NCBI GenBank assembly: GCA_900554465.1
Contig: USHF01000001.1
Location: 1-51,223 of the forward strand
DNA: 51,223 nt
Direction: 5' to 3'
DNA from: an uncultured Collinsella sp.
GTDB lineage: Bacteria; Actinomycetota; Coriobacteriia; Coriobacteriales; Coriobacteriaceae
A program made the position numbers and the translations under genes. Below, piece after piece: positions 18,776-27,852 of this stretch; the first letter of the stretch is position 1; each line of letters starts with the position of its first letter. A model generated the notes under the pieces. That model worked only from the letters and a program-made list of their open reading frames with translations, had not been told where the DNA came from and made no database searches.

Positions 18776-19674
18776 GGGGCTTGGCAGGGCTTTCTGTCGC
18801 GACGGCGTGCGGGGCGGAACCTCGTGTGCCGCAGGTACCGCCGGCGGAGTTGGCACGTCAGGCGCTCGAGACGGTGGCAGAGAAGCTGCCGCGTGAGCTG
18901 GTGGAAAACGATCTGCTGAAAAAGATCGCCCGTTCGTGGGCATCGCTGGCTCCGGCGCATCGCCTTGGCCTCGTGATCGAAGATGCTTCGGGACGTTTGG
19001 CGTTTCTGCTGCTGTCGAGCGGTGTCTGCTGCGTTTTACTAACGATGGTGTCGTTATCGCCCCTCGGATTTGCCTTGGGACTTGTTGCTCCGTTTACCGT
19101 TGGTGCCGCTCGGGATGGCTTTGAGAGCCGGCGCGAGCAACACGATGCAGAAGAGGCAATGCCCGAGGCGTTTACCGCACTTTCCATGTCGCTTGCCTCG
19201 GGACATTCGCTGGCCCAGGGCATGCGCTTTGTGGGCGCTCATGCGCAAGAGCCAGTGCATACCGAGTTTTTGCGGGTGGCGGCGGCGATCGATTGCGGCA
19301 TCTCGGCGACCGACGCGCTCGATGACTTGCTCGTGCGTATCGACGCCCCCGGTCTTTCGCTTGTGACCTTGGCGCTTAAGGTGTCTCAGCGCACCGGCGC
19401 TCCGCTTGCCGACTTACTGTCCGAGGCGTCGAGCATGGTGGGGGAGCGCATTGAGCTCAAGCGCCGCCTGGATGTTAAGACGTCGCAGGCTCGCATGTCT
19501 GCGCATATGGTCGCGGCGATGCCGGCGGGCATGTGCGCGGTGTTGGCGCTGCTTTCGGCAGATTTTCGTCGCGGTCTTGCGACGCCCGCCGGCGCGGGCG
19601 CTGTGGTGCTGGGTCTTGCCCTCAACGCCGTTGCCCTGGTGGTTATCCGGCGCATTATGCGGGTGGAGCTATGA
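18748..19674 (+). CDS. tadB: TadB-like type II secretion F family protein
   Basis: SLASGHSL, RTGAPLADLL, KTSQARMSA; position after cpaF. Confidence 0.85.
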   Translation: MEITVPLVVGGLAGLSVATACGAEPRVPQVPPAELARQALETVAEKLPRELVENDLLKKIARSWASLAPAHRLGLVIEDASGRLAFLLLSSGVCCVLLTMVSLSPLGFALGLVAPFTVGAARDGFESRREQHDAEEAMPEAFTALSMSLASGHSLAQGMRFVGAHAQEPVHTEFLRVAAAIDCGISATDALDDLLVRIDAPGLSLVTLALKVSQRTGAPLADLLSEASSMVGERIELKRRLDVKTSQARMSAHMVAAMPAGMCAVLALLSADFRRGLATPAGAGAVVLGLALNAVALVVIRRIMRVEL

Positions 19675-20312
19675 GCGCCCCGGTTGCAGTTGCGGCTTGC
19701 CTGTGCGCCCTGAGTGTATTTGTCGCGACGGGTTTGGATCGGGCGGATGCACGCAAGATCGCAGGGGCCTGCAAGCGCGAGGCGGTGCTGGTCGCTGCCG
19801 CAGGTCGCTCGGTGGTCGATGCTCTGACCGCGCGAGTGAAGGGCGCGGTTGGAGCGGGCGGCCCGGCGCGAGTGTCGCTCGGCGAAGTTTCCGAGATGAT
19901 CGATGTTGTGCGCTTGGGTCTTTCGGCCGGTCTTTCGTTTGATGCGGCGCTTGAGATTTTCTGCGCCAACCGCCGGTCAGTGCTGGCTCTTCGCCTTGAG
20001 CGCGCCTGCATGGCGTGGCAGGTGGGCGTGGGCACGCGTGAGGACGAGCTGTTGGCCGCCGCGCGCGACCTGGACGTGCGAGCGCTCGAGACCTTTGCCA
20101 TCACGGTGGGGCAGGCGCTCGTCCTGGGTGCCCCACTTGCCGAGACGCTGGCCGCTCAAAGTCGCGAGATCCGTGCGGCTCATCGCGCCGCGGTCGAGCG
20201 CGAGATCGAGCGTGCGCCCGTCAAGCTGCTGATTCCCACCGGCACGCTCATCTTGCCGGCGTTGCTTCTGTCCATATTGGGCCCGCTGCTGGGAGCAGGC
20301 GGGATGATGTAG
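19671..20312 (+). CDS. tadC: TadC-like type II secretion F family protein
   Basis: GLSFDAAL, LGAPLAETL, APVKLLIP...LILPA. Confidence 0.85.
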   Translation: MSAPVAVAACLCALSVFVATGLDRADARKIAGACKREAVLVAAAGRSVVDALTARVKGAVGAGGPARVSLGEVSEMIDVVRLGLSAGLSFDAALEIFCANRRSVLALRLERACMAWQVGVGTREDELLAAARDLDVRALETFAITVGQALVLGAPLAETLAAQSREIRAAHRAAVEREIERAPVKLLIPTGTLILPALLLSILGPLLGAGGMM

Positions 20313-20322
20313 GGAGGAATAT

Positions 20323-20556
20323 ATGAACACGATGACCAACATTGCGGGCAAGGCTTGGAGCTGGGCTTTTTGCCGGACAATCCGCGCTCGCCAGCGTGCC
20401 AAGGCGCTGTTGCGGGAGGAGAGCGCGCAGGGCACTACCGAATACGCCATCTTGGTCGGTGTACTCGTAGTGATTGCGATTATCGCCATCGTCGCGTTTA
20501 AGAGCAAAGTCGAAGAACTATGGAACGCGATCAAAGACGGCATCAACAGCCTGTAG
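20323..20556 (+). CDS. flp: Flp family type IVb major pilin
   Basis: 77 aa; REESAQGTTEYAIL followed by a hydrophobic helix; strong RBS GGAGG. Confidence 0.88.
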   Translation: MNTMTNIAGKAWSWAFCRTIRARQRAKALLREESAQGTTEYAILVGVLVVIAIIAIVAFKSKVEELWNAIKDGINSL

Positions 20557-21083
20557 GAGGCAGGCGTCCTGTTGGTTCGCCGCTGGTGCTCGTCTGTTTG
20601 CTCGTGGCAATAGCGGTGACGCTTTGGGGGCTGGGTGCTGCGCGGCAGCAGCGTCCAGGCGCTACTGCCGATTTGGGATCGGGCTCGGCGGCGATGTCAC
20701 AAGCGGAAGGCACGGGGGCGATGGGCGGTCAGAATGCCGCCGTCACGGCTCAGACCTTTTTGCAGGCACTCGACGAGCGGGCCGCCAGCGCGACGGAGCC
20801 GTCTGTAGACAACGCGATCGCGGTTCGGCTCGCATGGTCCGAGGACCGGCCGATGACCGAGGCAGCGGCAGACCTGCTGCGCGCCTACCGCGAAGTGCCC
20901 ACGGCCCAGCTCGCCCTGAGCGGCTATCTCGATATTAAGGGCAACGTATGGGGCGCCATCGTGCGCGATGGGCGAGGCTGGGTCGACATGGTGACGGTTG
21001 CTGCTGATGCCGGCGATGCCTCGTGCCGCCTGCGTGCCGTGCGTCTGGTTCCGCAAACAATGGAGTCAAAGGAGGGGTCGTGA
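20520..21083 (+). CDS. Membrane-anchored hypothetical protein of the tad operon (start uncertain, alternative GTG 20586)
   Basis: N-terminal hydrophobic helix; conserved-looking SGYLDIKGNVWGAIV; sits between pilin genes. Confidence 0.6.
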   Translation: MERDQRRHQQPVGGRRPVGSPLVLVCLLVAIAVTLWGLGAARQQRPGATADLGSGSAAMSQAEGTGAMGGQNAAVTAQTFLQALDERAASATEPSVDNAIAVRLAWSEDRPMTEAAADLLRAYREVPTAQLALSGYLDIKGNVWGAIVRDGRGWVDMVTVAADAGDASCRLRAVRLVPQTMESKEGS

Positions 21084-21084
21084 A

Positions 21085-21303
21085 ATGCATGGTGTCCTGC
21101 GTGAGGAATCTGCTCAGTCGACCGTCGAATACGCCATCGTCACCGTGGCGCTGTTGTCGATTGTGCTGGCGATTGCGGGGCTTTGGCGCGCTGGCACCGA
21201 TGGACGCTTGGCGGCACTGGTTGAGCGGGCAGCGTCCCATGGCGTCGCCCCATCGTCGGTTATCGATGCCGCGACGGGCGCCAAGGACATTGCTCTGTAT
21301 TGA
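21085..21303 (+). CDS. Second small Flp-like pilin
   Basis: MHGVLREESAQSTVEYAIV plus hydrophobic helix; RBS GGAGGGG. Confidence 0.75.
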   Translation: MHGVLREESAQSTVEYAIVTVALLSIVLAIAGLWRAGTDGRLAALVERAASHGVAPSSVIDAATGAKDIALY

Positions 21304-21778
21304 TATCGCGTGCGAGGATCGGGCGCAGTCTACGGTTGAGGCCGCCTTTTTGCTGCCGACGTTTTTGACGCTCATCCTGCTGGCGCTGCAGCCGGTATGC
21401 CTGCTCTATACGCGCGCGGTCATGGAGTCTGCCGCCGCCGAGACCGCGCGGCTTATGACCACGACGACGGTGGAGGACGACGATGACCTTAAGGAGTTCA
21501 CTCGCCGCAGACTTGCCGCGGTGCCCAACGTCTCGATTTTTCATGCCGGCGGGCCGCTGTCGTGGAATATCGAGTTGGGGCGGGCCGGTGCCGGCGGCGT
21601 TTCGTCCGTGTCTGTTTCCGGCGAGGTCAAGCCGTTGCCTGTGATCGGTGCGTTTGCGCAGGCTATGGGTGGTACCGCCGAGGGCGGCTACGTTGAGCTC
21701 AAGGTCGATGTCTCGTATCAATCGCGTCCCGAATGGCTGGAGGGAGATTATGATTCGTGGATTGCTGCATGGGATTAA
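21290..21778 (+). CDS. TadE-like minor pilin
   Basis: EDRAQSTVEAAFLLP, SAAAETAR; TTG start inferred. Confidence 0.78.
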   Translation: MLCIDIACEDRAQSTVEAAFLLPTFLTLILLALQPVCLLYTRAVMESAAAETARLMTTTTVEDDDDLKEFTRRRLAAVPNVSIFHAGGPLSWNIELGRAGAGGVSSVSVSGEVKPLPVIGAFAQAMGGTAEGGYVELKVDVSYQSRPEWLEGDYDSWIAAWD

Positions 21779-21842
21779 GCGTTTCTGGTCTAGACGCGTT
21801 TTGACGCACCGTCCGAGCTGCCATCGCAAGCGAGGCGGCTTT

Positions 21843-23903
21843 ATGGGTCGAGCCGGTGTCGATCTGTTTATCGAAGATGGCGCCTATACCACGCTTTCTT
21901 CTGCCGTGGTCATCCTAGTGGTGCTCACATTGTTGTTTTCGTCGACCGCGGCGATATGGAGCATGTCGCGTGCCGGGGATACTCAGGTGGCGGCTGATAG
22001 TGGCGCGCTGGCGGGTGCCAACGTAGTGTCGTCCTATCACACGGCTGCCACGGTGGTTGATGCGAGCATCTTGAGTCTGGGGCTGGCGGGGTTTGCCACG
22101 ATCGGGACGGGCCTGGTCGCCATCCTCATCCCGGGTGCCGAGCCGGTTGCCGGCAATATGGTCGACACCGGGATTGAGATCATTAAAACGCGCAACAAGT
22201 TTGCCAAAAGCGCATCGGAAGGCTTACAGAAAATCGAGACGGCTCTGCCGTATCTGATCGCCGCGCGTGCCACGCAGACGGTGTCGGCGCAGGATACCGA
22301 TAGTGTGACCTATACCGGTACGGCGCTTGCCGTGCCCAGGACATCCGAGTCTGACTTCGCTGCGCTCAAAGGATCAGAGATCTCGACCGATACCATTAAA
22401 GACACATCAGATGATTTAGAGGGTGCGGCCGAGGAGCTGCGGAAGGCTTCTGAGGACACGGCGAAGGCTAAAGAGCGTGCTTGGCTGGCGGATTGTGGTG
22501 GGTCTGACAAGGGCTCGGTCGGCAGCTGTTCTTGCATGTGGGAGCGTGCGAAAAGCCTAACGGATCTCTCCGGTGTTCAAAATCCGCATTACTCATCGAG
22601 CGTTACGTGGGAGCCCCAAGTTGCCCTTGATCGCGCGAAGGACTACTACCATTGGCGTCTGACAAATGAGAAGCCCCACGGCTCGAGTGTCGAGATGAAG
22701 GCAGAGTCTGCGGCGCGTAAGGCGTTTTATACCTATGCGAGCGCGGAGGTCGATCGGGCGCATATAACCGAGAACGGAGACAGGGTTTCCTCCTATATTC
22801 CGCTGCTGCCGCGCAACTCTGATGAGGTTCGGGCGACGGAACTCTATACCGATGCGGTGTGGCCGACTAGCGTGAACGATGACAAGGCGTATCTGCATTA
22901 CGGGACGACCTGCCCTAACTATAAGAAAGGGACGCCGAGCGGATTTGCTTCGGTTGCCGATTACGATGGACAGGATAAATGCAGCAAATGCCATTTTGGC
23001 GTTTTGTCGCTTGGTGCTGTTGCGGCGCCTTCAACCTCTATCGAAAACGGCTTCGAATATCACTTCGACGAGTTCAAAAAGGCCTTGGAGGAATACGTCA
23101 AATGTCGGAACAAAGAGCTTGAGCTCATGCGTCAGACCGAGGATGAGGCCGACCGTGCGAGCAATGCGTTTGACCAGGCCATTAAAGCGCTTTCGGGCGA
23201 GCGTCCGCGTATCGCTCCGCCCGGTCGCAACGGCGTGGTTGCCTTTGCGGTTTCGGGTGCCATCTCGAGCCCCGATGAGCTCAACTCTTCGTTTAACACG
23301 GCAGTCAGGCTTGGCGATCGCGGTGCCATCTCTGCCGCGGTGCTGGCGCCCGATGAGGCGACGGCGCAAAACAACGTGCTTTCGCGATTTTTCTCGACAT
23401 TGAAGGAACGCTCGGGTGGCGTTGCCGGCGTACTCGATGGCGTCATGGATGTCTGGGGACGGCTGCTTGTGGGATACGGAGACATCCAAGGTTCGGCCGA
23501 CGAACTTATGGACGAGATGATTAAAGGCCTAGGAGGGGGCAGCGGCGCGTTGGGCTCCATCGCATCGTGGCTCGGCGATACCGTTTCGGCGTCCGTGGCG
23601 GCGCTGGGTTTGGAACCGTGCGACTTGCGCCTGCGAAAGCCGGTGCTGACTGATTCCGCCAACGTCATTAAGAGCCCGGGGTCTGACATTGCTGGTCTCT
23701 CTCAAGCGCAAGACAAACTGCGAAGTATTCCGTTGGGCGTGACCGATCCCAAGGCGCTTTGCGAGGCGTTGGAATATCAAGTCGAACGCACCATCAGCGG
23801 TACGGTGTTCACGCTTGCGGAGATTCCTCTGCCCGGCGGCGGCTCCATCCCGCTCACCGTCGATGTCGCCACGCTGGTTGGCGCTCTGGGCGGTGGGTCG
23901 TAA
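21843..23903 (+). CDS. Large TadG-like pilus-associated protein (putative tip adhesin)
   Basis: Pilin-like N-terminal helix followed by QVAADSGALAGA (Tad N-terminal motif); Cys-rich central region. Confidence 0.7.
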   Translation: MGRAGVDLFIEDGAYTTLSSAVVILVVLTLLFSSTAAIWSMSRAGDTQVAADSGALAGANVVSSYHTAATVVDASILSLGLAGFATIGTGLVAILIPGAEPVAGNMVDTGIEIIKTRNKFAKSASEGLQKIETALPYLIAARATQTVSAQDTDSVTYTGTALAVPRTSESDFAALKGSEISTDTIKDTSDDLEGAAEELRKASEDTAKAKERAWLADCGGSDKGSVGSCSCMWERAKSLTDLSGVQNPHYSSSVTWEPQVALDRAKDYYHWRLTNEKPHGSSVEMKAESAARKAFYTYASAEVDRAHITENGDRVSSYIPLLPRNSDEVRATELYTDAVWPTSVNDDKAYLHYGTTCPNYKKGTPSGFASVADYDGQDKCSKCHFGVLSLGAVAAPSTSIENGFEYHFDEFKKALEEYVKCRNKELELMRQTEDEADRASNAFDQAIKALSGERPRIAPPGRNGVVAFAVSGAISSPDELNSSFNTAVRLGDRGAISAAVLAPDEATAQNNVLSRFFSTLKERSGGVAGVLDGVMDVWGRLLVGYGDIQGSADELMDEMIKGLGGGSGALGSIASWLGDTVSASVAALGLEPCDLRLRKPVLTDSANVIKSPGSDIAGLSQAQDKLRSIPLGVTDPKALCEALEYQVERTISGTVFTLAEIPLPGGGSIPLTVDVATLVGALGGGS

Positions 23904-24379
23904 TGAGTATCCGCATGCGTCTGCGCGAGGAGCGCGCCCAAGCGACGGTGGAGATAGCAGTGGTTACGCCCGTTTTGCTGGTGCTGGCACTCATCGTATA
24001 CAACGTCATGATCTATGCCAGCGCTGTCGCGCGCTTCGACCGCGTGGTGCCCGACATCGTGTTGGCGCACGCCGTGGCGCCGAGCGGGGAGGGCGACGAA
24101 AGCTCTGTCGATGCCTCGGCGACGGTCCGGACTCAAATTCTGAATGCCATGGAAGGCTATGACTTGCAGATCGAAGTGTCGAGCGAGCAAGGCGCGGAGG
24201 CATCGGATGGTGGCCTGCTCTCCCTATCCGGTACGTTTAGGACCTACACCTGCACCATGCACTATGAGCCGTGGCCGACTTCTCTCAGCATCGCTGGCGT
24301 TCCGCTGGGGGCGCCGACAACGTTGTCGCACGAGCGCGCGGTGACGGTCGATCCATGGCGTCCGGGGGTGGTCATGTGA
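23903..24379 (+). CDS. TadE/TadF-like minor pilin
   Basis: REERAQATVEIAVVTP plus hydrophobic helix; TAATG translational coupling. Confidence 0.75.
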   Translation: MSIRMRLREERAQATVEIAVVTPVLLVLALIVYNVMIYASAVARFDRVVPDIVLAHAVAPSGEGDESSVDASATVRTQILNAMEGYDLQIEVSSEQGAEASDGGLLSLSGTFRTYTCTMHYEPWPTSLSIAGVPLGAPTTLSHERAVTVDPWRPGVVM

Positions 24380-24735
24380 CCGCGGTCTCGTCCTACATCG
24401 CCTACGCGCGGGCACTCAATAGGCTGGGCTGGACGCCGGCCGAGTTTGCGGTGGCGGAGTCGTTTGCCGTGCGCCTGCGCGGCATGCTGGGACGGTGTCC
24501 GGTTGCCGCCAACGGTCTGCCGCTCGTCATGGCATTTCCACGCTGCTCTTCGGTCCATACGTGTTTTATGGCCTATCCCATCGATATCGCCTTTATCGAT
24601 GCACGTGGCTATGTCCTCGTATGCTACGAAAACGTACGTCCCTGGCGTATGTGCTCCTGCCCCGGCGCCTGGGCCGTACTAGAGCGTCCTTCAATCATTG
24701 TTTCGACCCCTGCTCTCCAACGCGTGCCGGCTTAA
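24376..24735 (+). CDS. DUF192 domain protein
   Basis: VAESFAVRLRGMLGR, CSSVHTCFMAYPIDIAFID, V.PWR; GTGA overlap with the upstream stop. Confidence 0.78.
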   Translation: MTAVSSYIAYARALNRLGWTPAEFAVAESFAVRLRGMLGRCPVAANGLPLVMAFPRCSSVHTCFMAYPIDIAFIDARGYVLVCYENVRPWRMCSCPGAWAVLERPSIIVSTPALQRVPA

Positions 24736-24793
24736 GAATTGGCGACAGCGGACTTTCGTCATACGAAATTGGGTAAGATGGAGGAGAAGATGC

Positions 24794-25060
24794 ATGGATG
24801 TTGAGATCCATCCCAACGCTAAAAAGCACCTGACAGAACAGCAGGTGCTTAGCGCTTGGCTTGCGGTTACTGAGTGCATTCGTCGCGAGTCGAAGGACGA
24901 GCCGCCGAGATGGCTTGCGATTGGATGGCTCCCAGACGGACGAAGCGTGGAGCTTGTCGCGGTCGAGCTTCTCCGTGGGTGGCTTATCATTCATGCCTTG
25001 TCTCCAGTCCAGAAGAAATTTTGGCAGGAGATTGAACGGGCTCGGCAAAGGGGTCGATGA
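24794..25060 (+). CDS. Putative type II toxin (BrnT/RelE-superfamily-like)
   Basis: 88 aa; H..KH, WLAIGWLPDGRSVELV, IIHA pattern; overlaps a downstream RHH gene. Confidence 0.55.
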   Translation: MDVEIHPNAKKHLTEQQVLSAWLAVTECIRRESKDEPPRWLAIGWLPDGRSVELVAVELLRGWLIIHALSPVQKKFWQEIERARQRGR

Positions 25061-25344
25061 TGGGCAAGACGTATACGGCCGCTAATGGTCAGGTTGTAAC
25101 GGATGAAATGATTGACGCGTGGTGCGAGTCGTACGAGCGCGGAGAGTTTCCGGATGGCGAACACACCGTTGGTGGGATCGTGCATGGACGGCCCCCACTC
25201 TCAGGTGAGGGGACGGCAACGCTGTCAGTCAAGATTCCTCTGGGAATGAAGGAGGCCATTCGTCGACGGGCGGCTGCCGAGGGGATGACGCCAAGTGAGT
25301 TTGCCCGTGCGGCTCTGAGCGAAAAACTTCTTGCTGCCGGCTGA
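25057..25344 (+). CDS. Putative antitoxin with CopG/RHH domain
   Basis: Acidic N-terminus, GRPPL, LSVKIP...AIRRRAAAEGMTPSEFARAAL. Confidence 0.7.
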   Translation: MMGKTYTAANGQVVTDEMIDAWCESYERGEFPDGEHTVGGIVHGRPPLSGEGTATLSVKIPLGMKEAIRRRAAAEGMTPSEFARAALSEKLLAAG

Positions 25345-25407
25345 TGCCTCTGACGTGCCGATTTAAAGAACCGAGGCTGTGCTCAAAAACTTTTTTAAAA
25401 TTCTCGG

Positions 25408-25435
25408 TTGACCGGAACGCGTCCTTGGTTATACT
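25408..25435 (+). promoter_or_regulatory. Sigma-A-like promoter of tRNA-Phe
   Basis: TTGACC-N16-TATACT with an AT-rich upstream element. Confidence 0.65.
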
Positions 25436-25467
25436 AATCAAGCCTTGAAACAAGGCACACCTCAAAT

Positions 25468-25540
<73 letters not shown>

Positions 25541-25553
25541 CCTTGAATTGACT

Positions 25554-25583
25554 AGGACCTCTGCAAAGGGGTCCTTTTCTTTT
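25554..25583 (+). terminator. Terminator after tRNA-Phe
   Basis: AGGACCTCT-GCAA-AGGGGTCCT plus T-tract. Confidence 0.8.
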
Positions 25584-25836
25584 ATGTAGGGTTCTGCGGA
25601 AACTGCGTCCCAGAATAAGGGCTCAGAACGGGACACACTTTCCGGTGCCTGCCTTTGGCGCGCGTACACACCTCGTCGCACCATTCCGAGCCCGCCCGCC
25701 CCAGACATTCCTCCCACTTTCGCGTCACTTTGCAGACCGTTCGGTCGCCTGTCCGCACACGCGGGTATACTCAAAACGATACTTATCCTATGCAATACGA
25801 TGCGGGTTCGACCTGCATGATCCGAAGGGGGCAGTG

Positions 25837-26898
25837 ATGGAGAGGATACTCGGCGTTAATCTCTCTGGCTGGTTTATTCCCGAGCCTTGGGTGACCCCGT
25901 CGCTGTACGCGGCGACCGGCGCATCCAACGCAGCCGAGCTGCAGGAGGCCATGGGTACCGCCGCTTACAACGAGCGCATGCGTCGTCATTACGAGACGTT
26001 TGTGAGCGAGGACGATTTTCGCCGCATGGCGCAGATCGGTCTCAATGCCGTGCGTCTGCCGGTGCCCTGGTATGCCTTTGGCTCACAGGAGTCCGATGCC
26101 TCCTACATATCGGTTGTCGATTACATCGACCGCGCGATTGAGTGGGCTGCCAAGTACGATATCCGCGTGCTGCTCGATCTGGCAACCGTGCCCGGTGGCC
26201 AGGGCGATTCCAACGATTCGCCCACCACGCCGGAGGCTGTCGCCGAGTGGCATTCGTCCACCAACGGCCGTCATGTCGCACTCGACGTGCTCGAGCGCTT
26301 GGCCGATCGCTATGGCGAGGCCGAGAGCCTGCTGGGCATTGAGCTGCTGGACACGCCGCAGATGAGCGTTCGCAAGAGCCTCTTCACCATGACGGATGGC
26401 ATTCCTGCTCACTACCTGCGCAATTTCTATCGCGATGCCTACGAGCTCGTCCGTTCGTATATGCCCGAGGATAAAATCGTCGTCTTCTCGTCGTCGGGGC
26501 ATCCCAGCGAGTGGAAGCATTTTATGCGCGGCGCCAAGTACAAGAACGTCTACATGGACCTTCACCTGTACCATTACCGCGACGAGTATGCGCTCGACAT
26601 CACGAGCCCTCGCGGGCTGACGACGGCGATTTCGCGTAACAAGCGCGAGCTTAAAGAAGCGATTTCGACTGGGTTCCCCGTGCTGGTGGGCGAATGGTCG
26701 GGCGCGGCGATCTTTGCCAACTCGTCGGTTACGCCCGAGGGCCGCAATGCCTACGAGCGCGTGTTTATCGCCAACCAGCTGGCTTCGTTTGCGCCGGCTG
26801 CCGGTTGGTTCTTTCAAACGTGGAAGACCGAGAAGCGCATTGCAGCATGGGACGCCCGCGCGGCGCTCGGTACGCTCGAGCGCGGCATGATTGAATAG
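25837..26898 (+). CDS. Glycoside hydrolase family 5 fold protein (exo-1,3-beta-glucanase-like) with atypical active site
   Basis: GVNLSGWFIPEPWVTPSL, GLNAVRLPVPW, DLHLY, VGEWS, GWFFQTWK. Confidence 0.85.
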   Translation: MERILGVNLSGWFIPEPWVTPSLYAATGASNAAELQEAMGTAAYNERMRRHYETFVSEDDFRRMAQIGLNAVRLPVPWYAFGSQESDASYISVVDYIDRAIEWAAKYDIRVLLDLATVPGGQGDSNDSPTTPEAVAEWHSSTNGRHVALDVLERLADRYGEAESLLGIELLDTPQMSVRKSLFTMTDGIPAHYLRNFYRDAYELVRSYMPEDKIVVFSSSGHPSEWKHFMRGAKYKNVYMDLHLYHYRDEYALDITSPRGLTTAISRNKRELKEAISTGFPVLVGEWSGAAIFANSSVTPEGRNAYERVFIANQLASFAPAAGWFFQTWKTEKRIAAWDARAALGTLERGMIE

Positions 26899-26904
26899 GT
26901 TGAT

Positions 26905-27783
26905 ATGACGCAAAACAGCGCCCATACGGGCAAACTCTATGTGGTCGGCACGCCCATCGGCAACCTGGGTGACCTGTCCCCGCGCGTTGGCGAGGCCTTT
27001 GCCGCTGCCGATGTCATCTGCTGCGAAGACACGCGTGTGACGTCAAAGCTGCTGATGCACCTGGGCATTTCCAAGCCGCTTGTCCGTTGCGACGAGAATG
27101 TGATCGCTAGCCGCGCTGCCGGCCTGGTCGACCGTCTGCTGGCGGGGGAGACCCTCGCCTTTGCCTCGGACGCCGGCATGCCGAGCGTGTCCGATCCCGG
27201 CCAGGCGCTGATCGAGGCGGCGCGTGAGGCCGATGTGCCCGTCGAAGTTATTCCTGGGCCCTCTGCTTGCGTCACGGCGCTTGTTTCGTCCGGCATTCCC
27301 TGCGAGCATTTTTTCTTCGAGGGCTTTTTGGGCCGAAAGCACGGCGACCGTGTGCGCCGTTTGCAGCGCCTTGCCGTGGTGCCCGGCGCACTCATCTTCT
27401 ACGAGTCTCCACATCGCATCGTGGCGACGCTCGAGGCCGTGGCGGAGGTCTTTCCCCAGCGTGAGGTTGCCGTCTGCCGCGAGCTCACCAAGCTGCACGA
27501 GGAGGTCTTGCGCGGGCCCGCTGACCAGCTTGCCGAGGAGCTGCGTGCTCGCGGCGAGGTAAGGGGCGAGATTGCGCTGGTCATCGCGCCGCCGAGCGAG
27601 GATGAGGAGGCCGGTATCGTGCCGGTTGGCGCCGCGGCAGCGGATCCCGACGAGGCCCTGCGCGAGGATATCCGCGCCGCGCTCGAGGAGGGGGAGCCCG
27701 CGTCTGCGGTGGCCAAGCGCCTGTCTCAGAAGTATTCGCGCCGCAAGCGCGATGTCTATGCCATAGTGCTCGATATGCAATAG
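26905..27783 (+). CDS. rsmI: 16S rRNA (cytidine1402-2'-O)-methyltransferase
   Basis: LYVVGTPIGNLGD, EDTR, SDAGMPSVSDPG, FYESPHR, RELTKLHEE. Confidence 0.96.
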   Translation: MTQNSAHTGKLYVVGTPIGNLGDLSPRVGEAFAAADVICCEDTRVTSKLLMHLGISKPLVRCDENVIASRAAGLVDRLLAGETLAFASDAGMPSVSDPGQALIEAAREADVPVEVIPGPSACVTALVSSGIPCEHFFFEGFLGRKHGDRVRRLQRLAVVPGALIFYESPHRIVATLEAVAEVFPQREVAVCRELTKLHEEVLRGPADQLAEELRARGEVRGEIALVIAPPSEDEEAGIVPVGAAAADPDEALREDIRAALEEGEPASAVAKRLSQKYSRRKRDVYAIVLDMQ

Positions 27784-27852
27784 ATGGAGGATATCCAGCC
27801 CTTGCGCTAGAATCATCCTCTGTATGCAACGTTTTTCTGGAGGACAAACCCC

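Noticed and set aside
27784..27852. T-box leaders for metG (and for serS at 34342-34452)
   Set aside because: The intergenic regions are too short and show no T-box consensus.
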